Assembly: GCA_003104995.1 (NCBI GenBank)
Contig: PQAO01000027.1
Location: 100,799-164,798 of the forward strand
DNA length: 64,000 nucleotides
Direction: 5' to 3'
Origin: Dehalococcoidia bacterium
Lineage (GTDB): Bacteria; Chloroflexota; Dehalococcoidia; Tepidiformales; Tepidiformaceae
Shown here one piece after another: positions 18,711 to 25,725 of this stretch; the first letter of the stretch is position 1, and each line of letters starts with the position of its first letter. The translations under genes and the position numbers were made by a program. The notes below the pieces were generated by a model. That model was not told the DNA's origin and did not search any database. It was given only the letters and a program-made list of their open reading frames with translations.

Positions 18711-19418
18711 TCAAGCCCCTTCAAGAACTGGCAGTTCGATCCGGCAACCGGCCAGCCAATCGGCCATTAGAGTCCGGCAGTCCTGGCGGTAGTCGGCGTC
18801 AGTCGCCCAACCGTCGGCGAATTGGGTGCGGGGGTGGGCGCGCGCAGCATGAATCAGGTCAAGGACACCGTCGCCGTGCTGCACTCCCCACGCGAGCCCC
18901 GCCAACGCAATACCTGTCATCCCTTCCTGGGTAGATGGGGCTGCGATGTCGCGCCATGACATCCTCCTTTTGCCGAAGTACGGTTCCCACGTCTGAAGCG
19001 CGCAAGCTTCCCACGGAAACAGACCGGGGAACTTGGACATGTCCGACTGCATTCGACCCATTTCGCGAACGATGAACGAGTCCACAGCCGCCCGCGAGCG
19101 CTGGGCGCTGGGATCAGCGAAGTGGAATGCGATCGCGCGCCGTGCTGAGTCCGGCTGGAAAGCACCAATTCCCATGGAGATCTGAAACGAGAAGTGGGCC
19201 GCTGCCTGCAATGCGGCCCCTGGGATCTCCTGCTGTCCAAAGAGTCCGCGTTTCGTCGGCAGCCCAGCACTCTGAAACAACCCGAGGAACAGCCAGGTCC
19301 CCAGCCACCCGGCCCATCCCTCGTATCGTCGGTCGCCTGAAGCCACCCTCAAGCCCCCAGCCGCAACTTTGGGCGGAACGGTACTCCGCGCCCTGCCCAC
19401 CCCCCAAGACAAGATCAC
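18711..19418 (-). CDS. Hypothetical island cargo protein (upstream partner of 17872..18639)
   Basis: An open frame with coding-like composition and a hydrophobic segment WAGWLGTWLFLGLF near the N-terminus. No motif is recognised. The start is uncertain; an internal Met lies at 19175. Confidence 0.4.
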   Translation of the reverse strand: MILSWGVGRARSTVPPKVAAGGLRVASGDRRYEGWAGWLGTWLFLGLFQSAGLPTKRGLFGQQEIPGAALQAAAHFSFQISMGIGAFQPDSARRAIAFHFADPSAQRSRAAVDSFIVREMGRMQSDMSKFPGLFPWEACALQTWEPYFGKRRMSWRDIAAPSTQEGMTGIALAGLAWGVQHGDGVLDLIHAARAHPRTQFADGWATDADYRQDCRTLMADWLAGCRIELPVLEGA

Positions 19419-19500
19419 ATATGGGCTGCGACACTTTGGGACTGGCAGCGGAAGCCGCCGTTTCCAGACTCGAAATGCGACGACTTACGGTTGGGTGCGA

Positions 19501-19794
19501 ATGGTGCAATGGAGTCAGGCCACCCCCACGGGATGCGCCTCCAATCCATTGGCACGGAGAACCGCTATTTCTACCGACACCCTCTACACCAAGGCCGCGG
19601 CCAGGCGCGTTGGGATCACAACCGACTCGCTTCGCGACGCAGCCGACCGCGGACGCATTCCGCACCAGTGGGCCGACATGCCTGACGGCCAGCGTTGGCG
19701 CGCCTTCAAGGTCGCCGACCTCGACGCCTACCGGGCCAAGCGCACCGCCCATCTTGAAGGGCAACTGGCTGCAGTGAAGGGCGGCGCCGCCTAG
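19501..19794 (+). CDS. Excisionase/MerR-like helix-turn-helix DNA-binding protein
   Basis: LYTKAAARRVGITTDSLRDAADRGRIPHQW...WRAFKVADLDAY matches the excisionase-family HTH pattern. The gene is divergent from the cargo cassette. The start is uncertain (19369 or 19501). Confidence 0.55.
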   Translation: MVQWSQATPTGCASNPLARRTAISTDTLYTKAAARRVGITTDSLRDAADRGRIPHQWADMPDGQRWRAFKVADLDAYRAKRTAHLEGQLAAVKGGAA

Positions 19795-19803
19795 AAAGCG
19801 AAA

Positions 19804-19825
19804 GCCCCGGCGGAAAAGCCGGGGC
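19804..19825. terminator. GC-rich hairpin after the excisionase-like gene
   Basis: GCCCCGGC / ggaaaa / GCCGGGGC forms a perfect 8-bp stem 10 nt after the stop. The T-tract is weak on the + strand, while the A-rich left flank would give a U-tract on the - strand. Confidence 0.3.
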
Positions 19826-19972
19826 CTGATGGGCGCGAATCGCGCGGACTAGACGGTTGGAATTCAGGTGGATTGATGGATCGCATAGGCATCATACCAC
19901 CCCCGAAAACCCCCCTCCTGACCGAACGGCGAAACGTGGACATTCCGCCCCCTTCTTTCCCGGTGCTTCGCG

Positions 19973-20449
19973 ATGGCGCGAACACCCATGACCCTCAGGT
20001 GCATTTCTGACTACCTCAACAACCTTCCGACGTACGGGCCGATTGAAGCCGCCACCGGCCGGCTGGGCCGACCGCTTCGCTTCACCGATGCCGACATGAT
20101 GCGCGAACGCCGCGGCCGCCTCTTACTTCTCGAATGGAAAGCCCCCGGCCAAACGGTCAACGCAGGCCAGGGTATCCTTTTCGCCAACCTCGTTCGCACC
20201 GGCCTTCACACGGTCGTTGTCGTGTGGGGCCACGAAGGCATCCCCTCCTCGTATATCCTCTGGGGCCAAATGGAATCCCCGGCCGCGACGACGCTGGATG
20301 ACTTTGCCGCCTTGCTGGTCGCATGGGACACGTGGGCGACCGTCCAGCCGCTACCCGCGGCGGCACCTGCTGAATGGCAACCATTCGCCACGTGTAAGGC
20401 TTCGCCTCAGACTCGGGCAAAGCCTGACCCCACCGGGAAGACCGCGTAG
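19973..20449 (+). CDS. VRR-NUC-like (PD-(D/E)xK) nuclease domain protein
   Basis: FTDADMMRERRGRLLLLEWKAPGQTVNAGQGILFANLVRTGLHTVVVVW fits the VRR-NUC layout: D...hhhhExK-x-pG...Q...l...G..v.vv. Confidence 0.5.
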   Translation: MARTPMTLRCISDYLNNLPTYGPIEAATGRLGRPLRFTDADMMRERRGRLLLLEWKAPGQTVNAGQGILFANLVRTGLHTVVVVWGHEGIPSSYILWGQMESPAATTLDDFAALLVAWDTWATVQPLPAAAPAEWQPFATCKASPQTRAKPDPTGKTA

Positions 20450-20450
20450 C

Positions 20451-21557
20451 TTGACGAAACGGGCGGCCGGCGCCGAACCCGAGAAGATCCACTCAAGGAA
20501 CAGCCAGCGACTCCCGGCCGCCGTCGTCATTCAATCCGACCTGGCGCGGTACGTCCTCGCCAGTGGCCAGGCCAAGAATTACCGGCTGTACGTGACGGCG
20601 CGTGAACGTCTCTGCGCTGGCGCGTTTCTTGGCAAGCACGGCCGCAGCATCAGCCCCCGAAACGGCGTTATCGCTGTGGATGCGCTGGTGCGCGTTCTCG
20701 CCGGGCTGCCCGGCCAACCGCTGGGCGACCGCCGGAACGTTCGAGCCACGCTGCAAGCTGGCGAAGGTGTCTGGTGGGACACCAGCGGGGACCGACTCCG
20801 CTTCCCGAGTCCGGACCGGCTTGCGCAGCGTCTCGGCCTGCCGTGTGCCGGTCACCGCGTCACGGCCTATCCCCTGGCCAAGCTGGCGAAGGGCGCCGCC
20901 GCTTTCCGCGATCTGTTGCGGGATGCCCTCATGCCCGCGGCCCCGAAGCGGCTGGCGAGGGCGACGCAGGCCGCGCGGACCAGTACGTCACCCTCGACGC
21001 AGAGGCGCCGTGAACGAGCGGGGAGGGCCCTCTATCACGATGGCACGGGCAAGGCCCCGGTCTCTCAGTCGCGGACTGCCATCGACATGTCGCTGTTGGT
21101 CCCTCCGACCGTCAGCACCGGCTTTGTCGCGAGCGAGTATCGGCACGAGGGCCTTTTCGCCCATCGGAACGCCGACGGCGAGGCGAAGCTATTCCGCCAG
21201 GCGCCGAAGACATATCAGGCCGGCACTCCAAGCCGGCGCCGAAAGCCAAGAAACCGCTGTGGTGGCCATCGTCTTACAGGGCACCCGTCCATCACGCGGC
21301 TTCTTCGGTACGGCGCCGACTCGAAAGCACTGGTCTCGGTGGCGCCGATCTCGGGGAGGGGGCTGGTCGCGCAACCGCGTGATCCAGCCTTCTCTTTCGA
21401 GAATTACGTCAGGGCGCGGGCGTCTTCCAGCCCGGTACAAAGTGAGCGGGTAATACAGGGGGTATGGGGGACGGCCTTGCAGGCCAGGCGGGCCGGACAA
21501 CACACCCATGTGTGTTTCTTAGGCGGGCCTGTCCCTGGCGAAAGGCGGGCAGCGTGA
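20451..21557 (+). CDS. Hypothetical protein, possible replication/HTH protein of the element
   Basis: This is the only plausible frame across the interval, with a TTG at 20451 just after the preceding stop. KRLARATQAARTSTSPSTQRRRERA resembles a Rep/HTH segment. The C-terminal half is Arg/Ser/Pro/Gly-rich and may be decaying. Confidence 0.4.
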   Translation: MTKRAAGAEPEKIHSRNSQRLPAAVVIQSDLARYVLASGQAKNYRLYVTARERLCAGAFLGKHGRSISPRNGVIAVDALVRVLAGLPGQPLGDRRNVRATLQAGEGVWWDTSGDRLRFPSPDRLAQRLGLPCAGHRVTAYPLAKLAKGAAAFRDLLRDALMPAAPKRLARATQAARTSTSPSTQRRRERAGRALYHDGTGKAPVSQSRTAIDMSLLVPPTVSTGFVASEYRHEGLFAHRNADGEAKLFRQAPKTYQAGTPSRRRKPRNRCGGHRLTGHPSITRLLRYGADSKALVSVAPISGRGLVAQPRDPAFSFENYVRARASSSPVQSERVIQGVWGTALQARRAGQHTHVCFLGGPVPGERRAA

Positions 21558-21895
21558 CCATCCAAAACCTGTTTGACGCCCTGACGCCGCCCGGCTTCTG
21601 TAGCGGCTGTGGGGGAAAGCTTACCTGTCGGTGGCGCCACCAAGGCCCGTCGCGATCCCAGCTTCGGGGCGTCTGTCCTCGCTGCGAAGGCGCCGAAGTC
21701 TCGGACTGCACTCACCACTGGATGCTTGAAACCCCAAAGGGTCGGCTGGTTCCGGGCCAGTGTCGCCACTGCGGGCAAACGCGCAGCTTCCCGGCCGACT
21801 ACCGGCCGCGACCACTCACCCCTGAGGAACGCCGGGAACAGCGGGCCATCAGAACCACCGCGAAGGAATTTGAAGATGCCGCCACGACCGACTGA
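21554..21895 (+). CDS. Double zinc-ribbon protein (CxxC...CxxC plus a CxHHW...CxxCG module)
   Basis: The GTG at 21554 overlaps the upstream stop (GTGA). The protein contains FCSGCGG...VCPRCEG and then CTHHWMLETPKGRLVPGQCRHCGQTRSF. The second module is paralogous to the core gene at 52353..52574. Confidence 0.5.
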   Translation: MTIQNLFDALTPPGFCSGCGGKLTCRWRHQGPSRSQLRGVCPRCEGAEVSDCTHHWMLETPKGRLVPGQCRHCGQTRSFPADYRPRPLTPEERREQRAIRTTAKEFEDAATTD

Positions 21896-23315
21896 CCGCC
21901 GCCTTGCCGCCCTTGAACTCGCTGTAGACGAACTCGTTCTCGGGATGTTCCGTTCACCGGACGGGCCGGGAACCATTCGCGGGAAGGCGATACGCCCAAA
22001 GGCCATCTCCGCCAACCATATCGCTGTTTCTGACCTTGAATCGGTCAACGCCTCCACCGGAAACCTGTCGGTGACCGGCAACATCGCCATGACCGCCGCC
22101 GGTTCCTTCTCGGCGGGCCAGACCGACTTCGATACTGGCGTCGGCTGGTGGCTGGACATGGCGGGTGCCACTCCCCGCTTTTCTTTGGGGAACAGCGGCG
22201 GCAGTAAGCTGACGTGGAACGGCACTACCCTCGCCATCACGGGGACCATCACCGCGACGGATGGCGAGATTGGCGGCTTTACCATCGGGGCGCAAGACCT
22301 GACGGCGGGCAGCGGGGCCAGCCAGGTCGGCTTCTCCTCCTCCGGTTCCGTCCGGATCTGGTCAGGCTCGGCGACGCCCTCGGCGGCCCCGTTCCAGGTG
22401 TCCAGCGCGGGTGTTCTCACGGCCACCGGAGCCACCATCAAGTCCGGCGCCGGTAACGCCCGCGCGGAACTGACGGCGGTCAATGGCGTGTCGGTGTACG
22501 ACTCAGGCGGGACGGTGCGCGGGCGTCTCTCCACGGACGGGTCCGGCTTTCTCGGTAGTACCAACGGCCTCAGCACCGGCGCCGCGGTGCGCTGGACTAC
22601 AGGCGGAGTCGCGACCATCAACGCCGACGCCATCACCACGGGGACGATCAACGCCGGGACGATTACCGTGTCGAACCTCAACGCAACCAACCTGACGACC
22701 GGCACGCTCGGCAACGGTGGGTCGGGAATCGGCCTCGGCGGCACGAATGGGCTTTCCATCAGCGGCAACCTCACTCTGGCCTCGGGCGGGAAGATCATCG
22801 ATGCCGACGGTTCCTATTGGGACCAGAACGGGATCGTCCTCAAGTCCGGCGGGGTCTTCGGCGACTCCATCAAGTGGCAGGTGTCCGGGGTAGACAAGGG
22901 CTCCATCTACGCATCCGTCAACGATGTGGTGCTGAACTTTCCAAGCGGAGGAAGCGTCTACGCGGGGTCCTCTGATGCGGGCATCGTGTACGGCGGCGGC
23001 AGCCTTCGGGCGGGCACCGCCTATACCTGGGGCACCGCCAAACACTATCCGGGCTACGGGACCAACGGACAGCAATTCACGTACTACATCGAGGGTGGTG
23101 GGGCAGGCGCCATCATCACCAATGGCATCGGCATCGGCGGGATGCTCGGCATCAGCAGCGGCAACACCATCAACCTCATTGCGCCTGGCACGGGCGGTTC
23201 CGCAACCAACTGGTCGGGCTTCACGACGGCGAACGTTCCCGACAAGTCCGCCGGGTACTTCATCATCCAACTCGGAGGGACGAACTACCGCGTCCCGTTC
23301 TACGCCAATGCTTAG
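21876..23315 (+). CDS. Phage tail-fibre-like protein
   Basis: Gly/Thr/Ser-rich repeated beta-strand sequence with the typical fibre motif ITGTITATDGEIGGFTIGAQDL and many G-x-h-x-h-x repeats. The ATG is at 21876. Confidence 0.65.
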   Translation: MPPRPTDRRLAALELAVDELVLGMFRSPDGPGTIRGKAIRPKAISANHIAVSDLESVNASTGNLSVTGNIAMTAAGSFSAGQTDFDTGVGWWLDMAGATPRFSLGNSGGSKLTWNGTTLAITGTITATDGEIGGFTIGAQDLTAGSGASQVGFSSSGSVRIWSGSATPSAAPFQVSSAGVLTATGATIKSGAGNARAELTAVNGVSVYDSGGTVRGRLSTDGSGFLGSTNGLSTGAAVRWTTGGVATINADAITTGTINAGTITVSNLNATNLTTGTLGNGGSGIGLGGTNGLSISGNLTLASGGKIIDADGSYWDQNGIVLKSGGVFGDSIKWQVSGVDKGSIYASVNDVVLNFPSGGSVYAGSSDAGIVYGGGSLRAGTAYTWGTAKHYPGYGTNGQQFTYYIEGGGAGAIITNGIGIGGMLGISSGNTINLIAPGTGGSATNWSGFTTANVPDKSAGYFIIQLGGTNYRVPFYANA

Positions 23316-23324
23316 CGACCGTCT

Positions 23325-23726
23325 CTATCTCCGCCAGGTGTCACCGACCGACACGGTACTGTCCGGCGCCACGGTGACCACGTAGGACCCGCCGGTTCCT
23401 GTTCGGACAGTCACCTCGATTCGGTCGTTTAGCTTCAACTGGTCAGGGATGCCCGCGCAACCGTCCTGCTGATACCTGCGGATCGTCCCCGAAGAAGGCG
23501 GCCCCATGGCCTGTTTGTCAATGTCCCAACGTGGCGCCAGTTCGCAAAGCCTGCTGACTCCAACCACCACATCGGGCACTGGCGTTGCTGCCGGGACAGC
23601 TGTCGGGGCGGGTTCCTCGGGCACGTACCAGTGCAACGACTGGCGGTCCGCCACCGCGAACGACGCCACTCCTACCAGCACCAGCGCAGCGGAGAGAACC
23701 CAGACAGGCGGAAGGAATCGGCGCAT
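23325..23726 (-). CDS. Small membrane-anchored or secreted protein
   Basis: The N-terminus MRRFLPPVWVLSAALVLVGVASFAVA looks like a signal peptide or signal anchor. The gene is convergent with the tail-fibre-like gene. No motif is recognised. Confidence 0.5.
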   Translation of the reverse strand: MRRFLPPVWVLSAALVLVGVASFAVADRQSLHWYVPEEPAPTAVPAATPVPDVVVGVSRLCELAPRWDIDKQAMGPPSSGTIRRYQQDGCAGIPDQLKLNDRIEVTVRTGTGGSYVVTVAPDSTVSVGDTWRR

Positions 23727-24343
23727 CTGGATGCATCATACATCGCCTTTGGCGTCATCTGTTGACGACATGGGTCGCGCTGCGTGCGAGTCTCGGACGG
23801 CAGTCCGATACATGCGCAGCAGACTCGCCCGCGAGCGGGGACTATCTACGCCCACCCTGGCCTCCGTTCGCGGCGCGCGTTCCGGCGGGCTGATCCGGGC
23901 CGAACCACTGCTAGGCGGAGTAAACACTTCTGCGTAGGTGGCCCCTACCGGTGCGCCCCGGCCAGGGGTCGGACCTTGTCCGAGTCTCGGGCGGAGCCCG
24001 ATACCAGCCATCGCGGCCGAATCGCATTTCAAAATGGACGACGGTACCAAAGCGATCCCGCTGTGCTACACGCCGGACGGGAATCGTCCGAAGCGGGATC
24101 GAAGGCGCGACATAGTACTATGGTCACTTCGGACACCACCCCGAAGGAACCCCCTGGCACCCCCTCCCCCGGCTGGCAGTCGAGGCTTCCGAGTGCTGAC
24201 GCGCGGCGGTCGGTGGGGCGGGCTGGTGGCCGGGCCTGGCGATGTGGGGCGGCCGCCGCGGGCCGCCATGCAAGCCGGTGGACGACGCTTCTATATGCCT
24301 GACAGACACGGCTACTGTGCTTGAAAATCATGACGATAAGTGC

Positions 24344-24372
24344 TTGACTACATGCGGGAAGCGGCGTAGTGT
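24344..24372 (+). promoter_or_regulatory. Candidate sigma-70-type promoter for the small gene at 24426
   Basis: TTGACT (24344-24349), a 17-nt spacer, then TAGTGT (24367-24372). It sits in a locally AT-richer patch (TTGAAAATCATGACGATAAG). Confidence 0.3.
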
Positions 24373-24425
24373 CCCCATTGAAGGAACGGCAAGGACCGGG
24401 CCTATCACGACCTCGGAGATGCGAC

Positions 24426-24650
24426 ATGGTTAAGACTCTCGACACGAACGCCCTTGATGCCGCCCTGGCGGTCATGTGCCGCATGCACGGCGCGGAAGCT
24501 GTCATCCAGCAGGCAATCATCGGCCGCGCCGTTCTGGGCGCACTGAACGACGATGGCGCCGATCTCACCGTCTGGCGTGAAGGTGGCAAGATTGCGTTGC
24601 TCAACCAAGCTGGCGATGGCGAAGTGGTCACCGTCGAAATCAGCTTCTAG
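24426..24650 (+). CDS. Small hypothetical protein (74 aa) at the attR end of the element
   Basis: GGAG (24415-24418) lies 7 nt before the ATG at 24426. The composition is balanced (MVKTLDTNALDAALAVMCRMHGAEAVIQQ...). A hairpin with a T-tract follows the stop. Confidence 0.45.
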   Translation: MVKTLDTNALDAALAVMCRMHGAEAVIQQAIIGRAVLGALNDDGADLTVWREGGKIALLNQAGDGEVVTVEISF

Positions 24651-24682
24651 ACGGCCCCGGCCGCATGGAGGTACAGCGGGAT

Positions 24683-24709
24683 AGCCCGGTCGTGAGGCCG
24701 GGCTTTTCT
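24683..24709 (+). terminator. Rho-independent terminator candidate
   Basis: AGCCCGG (24683-24689) pairs with CCGGGCT (24698-24704) and is followed by TTTCT. It lies 33 nt after the stop of the 74-aa gene. Confidence 0.45.
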
Positions 24710-24853
24710 GCGCTGTCGCGCGGGGCTGAATGGGCGTAGAATTGATGGCAGAGGCAAGCGGACGGGGCGCCACTCGCGCCACTCCGCTACCACAGTTGTT
24801 CCCTGCTGGAGTGACACAGCAAACGGGCCGAACGGCCGCCCGCCGGAATCGAA

Positions 24854-24903
24854 AGTGGTGGGCCCGCCGGGATTCGAACCCAGGACCAATCGGTTATGAG
24901 CCG
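24854..24903. repeat. attR: 50-bp direct repeat inside the intact tRNA-Met
   Basis: Identical to 16679-16728. It covers the tRNA from the CCA end through the anticodon loop. Confidence 0.85.
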
Positions 24904-24931
24904 ACCGCTCTCACCGCTGAGCTACGGGCCC
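24856..24931 (-). tRNA. tRNA-Met (anticodon CAT), CCA encoded
   Basis: The reverse complement GGGCCCGTAGCTCAGCGGTGAGAGCGGTCGGCTCATAACCGATTGGTCCTGGGTTCGAATCCCGGCGGGCCCACCA folds into a cloverleaf: 7-bp acceptor, GCTC/GAGC D-stem, CTCATAA anticodon loop, TTCGAAT T-loop. It lacks the initiator features (the 1:72 pair is intact, and there is no GGG/CCC anticodon stem). I cannot exclude a lysidine-modified Ile2 identity. Confidence 0.9.
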
Positions 24932-24991
24932 CCGCGTAAATGATACGCGAGGGCCCGTGAAGTGTGTTCGCCTTGGTGGGACGAAAGACAG

Positions 24992-25576
<585 letters not shown>

Positions 25577-25725
25577 CGAGCGCCGGTGGAATTCGAATGA
25601 CCTCTCCGTGAGGCCGATGGAACGCGGTTACCGTGGTTAGCGTACCAGTACCGATACCGGCTGTCATCAAGAATGTGCTGATTTCGGTTCGACAGCGAGG
25701 GATTCCCCGCCCACGATTGGCGGTC

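Larger units (their letters stand above)
16679..24903. mobile_element. Integrated element (prophage remnant, satellite or integrative island) in tRNA-Met
   Basis: Perfect 50-bp direct repeats derived from the tRNA-Met 3' half flank about 8.1 kb. The interior encodes a tyrosine integrase, an excisionase-like HTH, a VRR-NUC-like nuclease, a Rep-like HTH protein, a tail-fibre-like protein and several unknowns. Confidence 0.8.

Noticed and set aside
18712-18714. A TTG start for the second cargo gene overlapping the first gene's stop (TTGA), which would imply translational coupling.
   Set aside because: The codon is TTG, not ATG as the track's 'M' suggests. An ATG with a GAAAGGA Shine-Dalgarno lies 75 nt downstream, at 18639. 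Coupling remains possible but is not the preferred model.
21404-22798. A 464-aa minus-strand ORF opposite the tail-fibre-like, zinc-ribbon and Rep-like genes.
   Set aside because: Its Pro/Arg/Ala/Val-rich translation has no structure-like periodicity. The opposite strand carries recognisable fibre repeats and zinc-ribbon motifs.
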